Part shown: positions 19,612 through 29,600 of the stretch, one piece after another | Layout: every line of letters starts with the position of its first letter | Numbering within the stretch: position 1 is the stretch's first letter | Assembly: GCA_963665095.1 (NCBI GenBank) | Contig: OY762069.1 | Coordinates: 1,696,001-1,760,000 of the forward strand | Reading direction: 5' to 3' | Source: an uncultured Desulfobacter sp. | Lineage (GTDB): Bacteria > Desulfobacterota > Desulfobacteria > Desulfobacterales > Desulfobacteraceae | DNA length: 64,000 nt | Translations under genes and position numbers: made by a program | The notes under the pieces: generated by a model | Database searches by the model: none | What the model was told of the DNA's origin: nothing | What the model saw: only the letters and a program-made list of their open reading frames with translations

Positions 19612-21390
19612 TTATGCGCCTTGCTGGGGTCTCATGTCTGCTTTATCAATGCCGGCTACGGCAACCGGTTTTTTCATGGCATCCCGGCGGAACGGTTCGC
19701 CAAGTTCCATGTTGGTCATGACCTCGATGAAGGTGGTTTTGCCCTCTTCCATCTGGCGTTTGACGGCTGCTTCAAGCTCTTTTGTCACATCATCCATGCT
19801 CCAGGCCTTTACGCCTTCAACCCCGCACGCCTTGGCAATTTCAGAGTAGTGAACGTCGCGGTCAAGCTCGGTGCCCACAAAGTTGTCGTTGTACCAGAGG
19901 GTGGAGTTTCTCTTTTCCGCACCCCAGTGGTAATTGCGGAAAACCACCATGGTGATGGCCGGCCACTCGTCACGGCCGCAGGCAGCCATTTCGTTCATGG
20001 AAATACCAAAGGCACCGTCACCGGCAAAGCCCACCACCGGCACATCAGGACAAGCGATTTTGGCACCCAGGATGGCGGGAAAACCGTAACCGCAGGGTCC
20101 GAACATGCCAGGTGCCAGGTATTTTCGGCCTGCTTCAAAACAGGGATAGGCATTTCCAATGGCGCAGGAGTTGCCAATATCGCAGGACATGATGGCCTCC
20201 TTGGGCAGCGCCTTGACAATGGCACGCCATGCCATTCTGGAGGTGATCTTTTCAGGGTCGGCGGCCTGGGCACGCTGGTTCCAGGTGGTACCGGGATCGT
20301 CCTGTTCATGGTCCATGCCTTCAAGCTCTGTGGCCCACGCTTCTTTGGTGGATGCGATCAGCGCCATTCTGGCTTCACGGCCGGCATCACCGGCGGTATC
20401 GGACAGGTTGGCAAGAAGGGTGTCGGCCACTTTTTTGGCATCCCCCACAATACCAACGGAAACGGGCTTGGTCAGTCCGATGCGGTCGGGGTTGATGTCC
20501 ACCTGGATAAGGGCTGCATCCTTGGGCCAGTAATCAATGCCGTAGCCGGGCAAGGTGGAGAAGGGGTTGAGCCGGGTGCCCAGGGCCAGAACCACGTCCG
20601 CCTTGGAGATCAGTTCCATGCCTGCCTTGGAGCCGTTGTAGCCCAAGGGCCCTGCAAACAGGGGGTGGGATCCCGGAAAAGCGTCATTGTGCTGGTAGCC
20701 GCAGCATACCGGGGCAGCCAGTCGTTCAGCCAAAGCTTTGGAGGCCTCAATGGCACCGCCGATGACAACTCCGCCGCCGTTCAGGATCACAGGGAATTTT
20801 GCATTGGAAAGCAGGTCGGCAGCTTTGGCAAGGGCCTCTTCTCCGCCGGAAGGCCGTTCAAACTCAACAATGGGGGGCAGCTCAATGTCAATCACCTGGG
20901 TCCAGAAGTCCCGGGGCACGTTGATCTGGGCAGGGGCAGAGGCCCGTTTTGCCTGGAGGATGACGCGGTTGAGAACTTCAGCCATACGGGAAGGATGCAG
21001 GACCTCTTCCTGGTATGCCACCATATCTTCAAAAGCCGCCATCTGGGGCACTTCCTGGAAACCGCCCTGCCCCATGGACATATTGGCGGCCTGGGGCGTG
21101 ACCAGCAGCAGCGGGGTGTGGTTCCAGTAAGCTGTTTTCACAGGGGTTACAAAATTGGTGATGCCAGGCCCGTTCTGGGCGATCATCATGGACATTTTAC
21201 CGGAAGCTCTGGTAAAACCGTCCGCCATCATACCGGCATTGCCTTCATGTCCGCAGTCCCAGAACGTGATCCCGGCCTTGGGAAAAAGGTCTGACACCGG
21301 CATCATGGCAGAACCGATAATTCCGAATGCGTGTTCAATTCCGTGCATCTGGAGCACTTTAACAAAGGCTTCTTCCGTGGTCATCTTCAT
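19612..21390 (-). CDS. xsc: Sulfoacetaldehyde acetyltransferase (ThDP-dependent)
   Basis: MKMTTEEAFVKVLQMHGIEHAFGIIGSA, AQNGPGITNFVT..KTAYWNHTP, GDGAFG, WGAEKRN, ELGEPFRRDAMKKP are characteristic of Xsc. Confidence 0.95.
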   Translation of the reverse strand: MKMTTEEAFVKVLQMHGIEHAFGIIGSAMMPVSDLFPKAGITFWDCGHEGNAGMMADGFTRASGKMSMMIAQNGPGITNFVTPVKTAYWNHTPLLLVTPQAANMSMGQGGFQEVPQMAAFEDMVAYQEEVLHPSRMAEVLNRVILQAKRASAPAQINVPRDFWTQVIDIELPPIVEFERPSGGEEALAKAADLLSNAKFPVILNGGGVVIGGAIEASKALAERLAAPVCCGYQHNDAFPGSHPLFAGPLGYNGSKAGMELISKADVVLALGTRLNPFSTLPGYGIDYWPKDAALIQVDINPDRIGLTKPVSVGIVGDAKKVADTLLANLSDTAGDAGREARMALIASTKEAWATELEGMDHEQDDPGTTWNQRAQAADPEKITSRMAWRAIVKALPKEAIMSCDIGNSCAIGNAYPCFEAGRKYLAPGMFGPCGYGFPAILGAKIACPDVPVVGFAGDGAFGISMNEMAACGRDEWPAITMVVFRNYHWGAEKRNSTLWYNDNFVGTELDRDVHYSEIAKACGVEGVKAWSMDDVTKELEAAVKRQMEEGKTTFIEVMTNMELGEPFRRDAMKKPVAVAGIDKADMRPQQGA

Positions 21391-21456
21391 GGGTTTTCCT
21401 CCATTTTTTTAATTGCCTGCCTGATTGGCGGCCGGCAAATTTAATTCATCAAGCTC

Positions 21457-21508
21457 TCTGATACATCTAATATCTGGCACATCTGATATCTGATATCTGA
21501 TATATCAG
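21457..21508. promoter_or_regulatory. Tandem ATCTGAT heptamers ending in palindrome CTGATATATCAG upstream of xsc; probable GntR/FadR-type operator
   Basis: Three exact ATCTGAT units (21481-21501), degenerate copies upstream, and a 12-bp palindrome at 21497-21508. Confidence 0.55.
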
Positions 21509-21875
21509 CTATGTTGTATTTTCTCTATATAGCCTTTTATTTTAAATGTAAACAATTTCTGTGCCGATTTTCTTCACGCACACAGAAAAAAAACATCACT
21601 GCGGAAAAGCCCTTATTCACCGCCTTTCTTAAAAGTACCCATGGATAGAAACGCCAACTGGCCAGAACCAAAGGAATCTGCATACAGGGCATTTTTGCCC
21701 CTTATTTTCATTGAGCCGCTTCTGATACGCCGACGCATCCTGCACTAACCTGCTGGTTTACAAAGAAATCCGCAGGAATAATATCGTATGGGGCAATTTA
21801 GACCCGGTAAATTTATCAGCATTTATCAATTTAACAATCTGAAAACAAATATAATATCGACGTATGTCCCGAATA

Positions 21876-22061
21876 TGCTGGGGCATAAATACCCCGCCGT
21901 TAGGGGAAAACCTCTTCATTGCCTCGGGCATTGCCAATGTCAGCATTGAGGAGATATCGCTTAAAGCAATTCCCTTCTCCATTGTCGCCGTCATTGCGGT
22001 CTTTATCATTGCCTTTATCCCCGAGATCACCCTGTGGCTTCCCAGAATGATGAGATATTGA
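21876..22061 (+). pseudogene. C-terminal remnant of a TRAP transporter large permease (DctM)
   Basis: GINTPPLGENLFIASGI...SIEEI....IPF...IAFIPEITLWLP is the DctM C-terminus; the remainder of the gene is missing. Confidence 0.8.
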
Positions 22062-22252
22062 TTCTTTCAAGCGTTTCCGCCGCAGGGATCGCCTTAAAAA
22101 AGACGCGGTCCCCGCAGCGGAAATCCATGAACAACAATCCAGGCAGTTAACATCCTTTGAAGTCACACTTTGTGACCTTAAGCTGATCATATATCAAGAA
22201 CACAATTTGTATGGTATGATGCCGGGACAACCTTTACAAAGAGGACGCTTTA

Positions 22253-23170
22253 ATGCCAGGTAAAAAAACAAACTTTAAAAATCCATGGGACCAGTCACAA
22301 AAGCAGACGGGTAATGCCAGTAACCCGGAGAATAAGACACGTATCAAAATTGGCAGCTATAATCGACTGGGTGTCCAAACCAAATCAGATTTCGGCATGT
22401 ATTTAGGCACTGCCAATGACCGGGTGCTTCTGCCCAATAAATATGTTCCCAAAAACCTGTCAGCTGGAGATTTCATTGATGTCTTTGTGTATACGGATTC
22501 CGAAGACCGGCTGGTGGCAACCACTTTAAAACCCATGGGCGTGGTGGGTGATTTCGTTTTTTTAATCGCAAAAGATGTTGCCCCTTTTGGCACCTTCATG
22601 GACTGGGGATTGGAAAAAGATTTGCTGGTACCCAGAAATGAACAGCAGAACAGGATGGAGTCCGGGAAAAAATATTTAGTCAAAATCTGCCGGGATGACA
22701 GAACCCACAGGGTGTATGGAACCACGCAGATTTCCGCCAATTGTGACAAAGACACCAGCGGTTTAAAAGTCGGGCAACAGGTTGACATCCTTGTTCACTC
22801 AATTACAACCATTGGCATCATGGCTGTTGTTGATAATAGATACTATGGCATGATGTACCTGAACGAAACCTTTCAAAAACTATTTATCGGGGATACGTGC
22901 AAAGGATATATCGTCCGGATCCGTGAGGATGGAAAAATTGACCTCAGCTTAAAAAAGCCCGGATACTCATCGGTTCCTAAATCTGCAGAAGTCATTTTAT
23001 ATCGCTTAAATAAATCCAAAGGCTTTATCCCCTGCCATGACAAGAGTTCGCCTGAAGAGATCCGCAAGCGATTTTCCATGAGTAAAAAAGAATTTAAAAG
23101 GGCTGTGGGCAGTCTGTATAAGAAAAGAATGATTGAAATAAAAGACAATGGAATCGGCCTGTTAAAATGA
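22253..23170 (+). CDS. CvfB/YitL family S1-domain RNA-binding protein
   Basis: VLLP.KY, VFVYTDSEDRLVATT, FMDWGLEKDLLVP, DKSSPEEI...FSMSKKEFKRAVG.LYK. Confidence 0.92.
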   Translation: MPGKKTNFKNPWDQSQKQTGNASNPENKTRIKIGSYNRLGVQTKSDFGMYLGTANDRVLLPNKYVPKNLSAGDFIDVFVYTDSEDRLVATTLKPMGVVGDFVFLIAKDVAPFGTFMDWGLEKDLLVPRNEQQNRMESGKKYLVKICRDDRTHRVYGTTQISANCDKDTSGLKVGQQVDILVHSITTIGIMAVVDNRYYGMMYLNETFQKLFIGDTCKGYIVRIREDGKIDLSLKKPGYSSVPKSAEVILYRLNKSKGFIPCHDKSSPEEIRKRFSMSKKEFKRAVGSLYKKRMIEIKDNGIGLLK

Positions 23171-23206
23171 ATAGAGATGATGTGTTGTGAAGGATAATGT
23201 ACCGCA

Positions 23207-26134
23207 TCAATCGCTGTCTTTTTCGATCACCACCCTGTTTCTTCCGCTGTTTTTAGCCCGATACAGGGCATTGTCAGCCTTTGTGAGAAACATATCCAGG
23301 GTTTCATTTTCCCCGGGAACTTTACTGAACACACCTGCGCAGATATTGATTGACAGGACTGTGCCCTGAAAATTCAGTTCCTGCTCTGAGATGACATGGC
23401 GTACTGTTTCCATCCGTAAAGGCAGCTCTTCCTGTGTATCTCCGGCAAGATAGACCAGAAATTCTTCTCCGCCATAACGAACCACTGTGTCGGTTTGCCG
23501 CCGAAAATGCTTCAGCAGTGTATCTGCAAGATATTTCAGACATTCATCACCAATACCGTGTCCGTAGGTATCGTTTACCCTTTTAAAAAAATCGATATCA
23601 ACCATGGCGATGGAAAAGGACATTTTGTTCCTCTTGCAGATGTTGAAGCCTGCCCGGGCATTGTCAACAAAATAGTGTCTGTTGTAAAGACCGGTCAGCT
23701 GGTCATGGTTGCCGAGATGCTGCAATTTTTCGTTGGCTTGGTTCAGCTCGCGGTTCAGATGTTTAAGCTTGCCGGAGCGATACCAGATACCCATGATGAC
23801 CAGGAGAAAGACGCCGGTGATTTCCCACAGGGTTCGATAGTCTATGGCTTGCTCAAAACGCACACTCATCCATGCGCCGGCTATCCGGGTACGGTCTTTT
23901 TCCCGCACGCTGGCAACTGTTTTTTGAAGAATGTGTGTCAGCAGCGGTTCACCCTTCTTCACCCACACAGAAAGGGTCATATCCTTGGGGATACGTCCGG
24001 AGATCTTGATATCGGAAATCCGTTTCTGCTGAATTTGATAGCCGATCCCCAGCATGCTGCCTGCATAGCCGAATATGGTGCCGTCACGCAGTTTTGCAAT
24101 CCCCTCCTCATCATCTTTTACAGGGATGAGTTTTATGTCTGCCACACTGGCCTTCAGATAGGCAGACAATGGAGACTCTTTTATTACGCCGATGGACTTT
24201 CCGCCTACATCTTTCATATCCGTGATAAAAAGATCACTGATGGACGTGGCAATAACGTACGGAGAGGAAAAAAATGTCCCTGCATTTACCATTGACCCTG
24301 CAGGTTTTACTGAAGGTGCACTGTCCAACACTGCCAGTTCACACCGGCCCTCCTGCAGGGGCAGGTGTCCGGACTCAGTAACCGGCATAGATGTGGCCTG
24401 TATCTGCACACCGGAAATCTCTTCAAAAAAATCGATGAAATCAGGTATGATTCCTGCGATATCACCATTTTTGCTACGCGTACTGAAAGGGGCCTGTGCC
24501 GTGCCGACGCATACGGAAAATGGACCGTGTTTTTGAAGAAAGCGCGCCTCTTCTCCTGTCAGGGCAATGGTGGAAACATCCTGTTTCTGGGGTTGAGAGG
24601 AGAGCCATGTCTCTTCGATGGCCTGCTTTTCCTCCTGGGAGATACGCGCCATTGATTTCTCCAGGATGGCGTGTAATTCGGGAAAGCGAAAGTTGACCCC
24701 AAAGCACAAATCTTCCATTGCCTTATCCGGGAAAGTAATTTCTCCTGCAACCTGAATGTTAACCAGTCCCAGCTTGCGTTTCATATTGGTGGCCGTATTC
24801 AATGAGCAGATCACAGCATCCGTCTTGCCAAAGGCCAGCGAGCGCAAAAGCGCGTCTTGCTCGGTATATTCTACAACTGAATTCCCAAAGTGCGCCTGGA
24901 TATAGTCTGCGTAAAAAATGTTTTTTATTATACCGATCCGTTTGCCCTTCAGGCTGACAGGGGAGTCGTAGTGACCAAAGTCATCCCGAATAAATACGAC
25001 CACGGGAATGTGGTAATAGGCCTTGGTAAAAAGAGTGTATTTGCTGCGCTCCTGAGTCACGGACATATTTGCAACGACATCCAGCCGGCCGTTTTTCAAG
25101 TCGTTGATCTGCTCATACCACGGCCTGACCACAAATTGAAAATGCAGACCACTGTAACTGCTGATGAGATCAAGCAGGGAGCGGGTGTACCCATAGACAT
25201 CATCATGGACAAAAAAACTGAACGGTGCGTAATCCGGTTGCATGCCAATGGATACCACCGGATGATTTCTGAGAAACTGCTGTTCCTTTTTGGTAAATGC
25301 TGTCTCCATGTCTGTATTTATGTTGTTGATGTGCAACCATTTTATGGCAATGTCATTTTTTGTTTTCTTTGTCAGGGCCTCTACGGATTTATTTAGAATC
25401 CGGTGCAGTACCGGGTTGCCCTGCAGAACACCTATACGAAAATCTTCCTCGCCAATACCCGGAATCTTTACAGGGCCCGCCACTGTGATATTTGAAAGGC
25501 TGCAGGCACGTAACGTATAAAGGCCTGTAAACTCGCTTGCCACAACAATATCTATCCAGCCAAATGCCAAAGATTTCATCAACTCGGGGTAAGTGCGGTA
25601 TTCCACCACATCGATGTCCGGCAGGTTTTCAATTATATCCTGGTAATAGATGCCGCGTATTATTCCGATGCGCAGAGGTTTTTCAGCCGTAGATTCAAAA
25701 GAGTGTATAGGGTTGTCTGCACGGGAAAAAATAACTGTTTTTCTCGTGGTATAAGGCTCTGTGAACGATATGGTTTTGCTGCGTTCACCGGTATACGAGA
25801 TGGCGTCAATGGCGTCCAGTCTTCCCTGAATAAAGGAGTCATATATCTCACTCCAGTTACCCATCCGATATTCAAATGTCAGTCCGGAGATAGCAGATAT
25901 ATTTTCCAGAATATCATGGGAGTAACCCTGGTATTGCCCATGATTCATAAAAGAGTAAGGCTCATCATCAGCCGGAATACCTATGGAGATCCTTTTGTGC
26001 TCTAAGATATACTGCTGCTCTTCCCGGGTGAATTCCACGGCGCCGGCAAAATTCCAGTCAAACAACTGGATGATGCACATCAGGGGAAGAATAAAAAAAA
26101 CCTGTTTAAAAAAAACAGTCGTTGTCCTGTGCAT
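23207..26134 (-). CDS. Diguanylate cyclase with three periplasmic PBPb sensor domains
   Basis: Three SBP_bac_3-like repeats, a TM helix, DQLTGLYNR, DIDFFKRVNDTYGH, RYGGEEF. Confidence 0.92.
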   Translation of the reverse strand: MHRTTTVFFKQVFFILPLMCIIQLFDWNFAGAVEFTREEQQYILEHKRISIGIPADDEPYSFMNHGQYQGYSHDILENISAISGLTFEYRMGNWSEIYDSFIQGRLDAIDAISYTGERSKTISFTEPYTTRKTVIFSRADNPIHSFESTAEKPLRIGIIRGIYYQDIIENLPDIDVVEYRTYPELMKSLAFGWIDIVVASEFTGLYTLRACSLSNITVAGPVKIPGIGEEDFRIGVLQGNPVLHRILNKSVEALTKKTKNDIAIKWLHINNINTDMETAFTKKEQQFLRNHPVVSIGMQPDYAPFSFFVHDDVYGYTRSLLDLISSYSGLHFQFVVRPWYEQINDLKNGRLDVVANMSVTQERSKYTLFTKAYYHIPVVVFIRDDFGHYDSPVSLKGKRIGIIKNIFYADYIQAHFGNSVVEYTEQDALLRSLAFGKTDAVICSLNTATNMKRKLGLVNIQVAGEITFPDKAMEDLCFGVNFRFPELHAILEKSMARISQEEKQAIEETWLSSQPQKQDVSTIALTGEEARFLQKHGPFSVCVGTAQAPFSTRSKNGDIAGIIPDFIDFFEEISGVQIQATSMPVTESGHLPLQEGRCELAVLDSAPSVKPAGSMVNAGTFFSSPYVIATSISDLFITDMKDVGGKSIGVIKESPLSAYLKASVADIKLIPVKDDEEGIAKLRDGTIFGYAGSMLGIGYQIQQKRISDIKISGRIPKDMTLSVWVKKGEPLLTHILQKTVASVREKDRTRIAGAWMSVRFEQAIDYRTLWEITGVFLLVIMGIWYRSGKLKHLNRELNQANEKLQHLGNHDQLTGLYNRHYFVDNARAGFNICKRNKMSFSIAMVDIDFFKRVNDTYGHGIGDECLKYLADTLLKHFRRQTDTVVRYGGEEFLVYLAGDTQEELPLRMETVRHVISEQELNFQGTVLSINICAGVFSKVPGENETLDMFLTKADNALYRAKNSGRNRVVIEKDSD

Positions 26135-26664
26135 TAAGTTCTCACTTTGTTAAAAACAATTAAGATGGGACACAGGTCTTATGCCCCATCACGGTGTCCT
26201 TTTACCTTTACCGCATCAAGGAAGTCAACACCCTCAAAAGAGCTATTGTAACCTATTGCCCGTAGATTTCAGAATTCTATTTTGAATCGGCCTGAGTTGC
26301 TTTATTTGACCAAAGAGTTATCCGGCCAATCTGGCCCCCTATCTGATTCCAAAATTAAATAGTGCCTGCACGCAGGCATGTCCAGCAGATGTTGACATCG
26401 ACATCAAACTGCGGGAAAGTTTTCTCATGTTGCTGCGCAAGATCTGCCAGAACGCTTTGCTTTACCTTTTTTTTTGTGTATCTTATTTTGGATTCCATTT
26501 GCATACATGTTGACAAATCAAACATAGTCATTTCAAAAAGGCCAAGCTATTTTCGCAGGCAGGCCTGGACGGCATATGTTCATGTAAATGATTGAAGCGG
26601 TATGTCGCAGGATCAAAAAGGCATTAACAAAGAAAGACGCAGAGCATATGCGCAGAAGGTTGCC

Positions 26665-29600
26665 ATGAAGCTGGGTAAATATGAGATCCTAGAAATTTTC
26701 AAAACTGAAAAATACAAAACCATCTATTCCGCACAGGCTGACAGGAAGCGTTTTCTCGTGCATGAATATCGGAATGCCCAGATGGCAGACCATGAGGAAA
26801 AGATAACCGCCTGCCTTTCCGGATGTCATGTGGATCAGTTCATCGATTCATATCAATTTAAAGGGAAAAAGCTGCTGGTTCAAAAAATTTATACCGGTGT
26901 CACTTCAGACCAGTATTTCAATGATCACTCTTTGCTTGCGGAAAAAATCGCTATTGCCAGGTCTGTGCTGGCCACACTAAAAAAAATTCATGACGCAGGG
27001 GTGATTTATAATAACCTGTCATTAAAAAATATCACTATTGAGCCATCCGGCAATGTCATGCTGCATAATTTTTTACCGGCTGTCCTCTCTGGAGATGACG
27101 CCATTCATGAATTCAACAATCTGACAGATCCTTGTTTTACGGCGCCTGAACAAACGGAGAGAATGGAAGGAAAGACGTCCTTCAGCAGCGATTACTATTC
27201 CTTTGGCATCTTTATGTATTGGCTTCTCACCAAAAGACTTCCCTTTAATGCGGAGGATCTTTCCGCACTGATCTTGCTGCATGTGGCCCAGCAGCCGACC
27301 AGGCCGTCACGGGTTGACGAACAGATTCCTGAAAATCTTTCCAGTATCGTTGAAAAGCTGCTGGAGAAGGCGCCCTCAAACAGGTACAGATCCATTGAGG
27401 GTATCTTACACGATTTAGATCACTTTTTTGATCCGAACTTCCAGTTAGCCGGGATGGATATGGACATCCAATTTAGGGTCTGTGCCAAAATATACGGCAG
27501 GGAAGAGGAAGCGGACCGGCTAAAAAAGGCAGCAGACTCACTTAAAGAGGGTAAGGTCAGCCTGGTCAGCATTTCAGGCTATTCGGGCGTGGGCAAGTCA
27601 ACCCTTGTGCTTGAATTTCAAAAATCCATTGCCGCCCGTACGTTTCGGTTTATCTCAGGTAAATTCCAGCAATATAAAAAAGATACGCCTTACTTTGCGC
27701 TGATTGAAGCCTTTGACAGCCTTTTTGACATGCTCCTTTTATCAAAACAGGCAGTGCTGGATGAATTCTGCATGTCTTTTAAAATGGCCATAGGGGATCA
27801 GGGACAGGTCCTGACATCCGTCTTTCCTAAACTGGAACTGATTGTCGGCACACAGAAACCTGTGGAAGAGCTTGTGGGGGAAAATGCCCAGAACCGATTT
27901 AACTATTGTTTTATCATATTCATCAACCTCATTGCCACCCGCCAACGTCCCCTGATCCTTTTTCTGGACGATCTTCAGTGGACCGACCTGGTATCTTTGA
28001 ATGTATTGCGCGCTGTATTCCAGCATATGACCGGGTTTCTGCTGGTGGTACTGTGCCACCGTTCCAATGAAGTGGGCCCCCACCATCCCTTCCGGCAGTG
28101 GCTGAATGACATCGGCACGCTTCAAATCCCGTATGAACGGATCACTGTGACAGATTTGCGGCCGGGAGATGTTTCTGCCCTGGTGGCAGACAGTTTGGGC
28201 CGGCCCAACCCGGAATTAAGCCGGATGGTATTCGAGAAGACCAATGGGAATGCCTTTTTTATCCATCAGCTGCTGAATGGTATGGCAGATGACAACTTTT
28301 TTATCCGGGATGTAAAAAACAAAGCCTGGCAGGTTGACCTGAAAAAGGTCTCGTCTTTAAAAGTCTCCAGCAATGTAGTTGAACTTATGCAGGCACGGCT
28401 GACACGTTTGCCGGCAAAGGTGGCGAATCTGATAAAGGTCATTGGCGCCGTGGGCCACAACGTGGATCTTGATGTACTGGCCATTGTTACAGCCAAAAGC
28501 ACGGATTATATTAGGCAGACCCTGAGGCAGCCTTTTGAATACGGGCTCCTGGTTCTGAAAAAAAACCGGCTTTATTTCACCCACGATAAAATCCAGCAGG
28601 CCTGCTACCAGCTCAACATGCCTGAAGACCTTCCCCGGCTGCACTTTACCATTGCAGACACCCTTATGCGAAACAAACTGAACCAGCGACTTGATGATCT
28701 TTTCAATCTTGCGGGCCATCTGGACAAAGGGTTTGACCACATATCCGATAATTTAGAAGAATATATCAAAATTTACATGAAGGCGGCCCTTAAAAGCAAA
28801 GAGATCTCGGCGTATCATAAGTTCCTGCACTATATGGAAAAGGCGTTGTCCCTGCTGGAAAAAAACCATCCTGAATCCCTTAGGAACAAGATATGCTGCC
28901 AGTATCATATCGCTTTGTACCTGAACAGTCGGTTTAAAGAGGCAGACGCCTTTTTTAACGATAAACTGAGCCGGATTCAGGACCATCTGACGTTAAGGGA
29001 AAACTATTTCGCCAAGGTCTCCCAGGACAGCATGCTGAAAAATTATAAACAGGCTGTTGAACTGGGAATGGAAGTTTTAAAACCCTTTAGAGTTTCGCTG
29101 ACCGCAGATCCTTCGGCTGAACAGTTGATTCGGCTGATGGATGAGATGGGATCGGGCTTAAAACAGTGTGGTATAACCAGCATTTCAGATCTTCAGAAGA
29201 TTAAGCAACAAAATAAAGATGAGATGGAATTTATCTGTGGGATCATTATGGCCATGCTGCCGGCCTCCTATTTTTATAACCCCAAAATTTCATGTCTGCT
29301 CTTTTTTGCCACGGTTCAACTGGCACTTAAAAACGGCGTTTTTGAAACCATGGCATATGCCTTTGCCATTGCATCCATGCCGTTTATCCTGATCAAAAAC
29401 GATTACCGTTCCGCCTTTCAGTATGTGGAATTTGCCGTACAGGCAGCCGGGGCCAACAAACGGGCTCTGGGCAATGCCAAACATATATTGATCCTGGTAA
29501 CCTGGCACTGGAACAGACCCATGAAAGACGATACCGCCCTGGAAATTGCCAGGGACGCCCACCATCTATTAGTGCAGGGTGGTGATATTCAGATGGCGGG

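Noticed and set aside
19510..21294. 594-aa plus-strand ORF
   Set aside because: Antisense shadow of xsc; no motifs.
19612..21390. Acetolactate synthase large subunit
   Set aside because: Xsc-specific N- and C-terminal motifs; no ilvH/ilvC neighbours.
21457..21508. CRISPR array or microsatellite
   Set aside because: 7-bp units with no spacers; position and palindrome fit an operator.
22140..22190. LRSQSVTSK motif (ORF6N-like) on the minus strand
   Set aside because: Too short to support a call.
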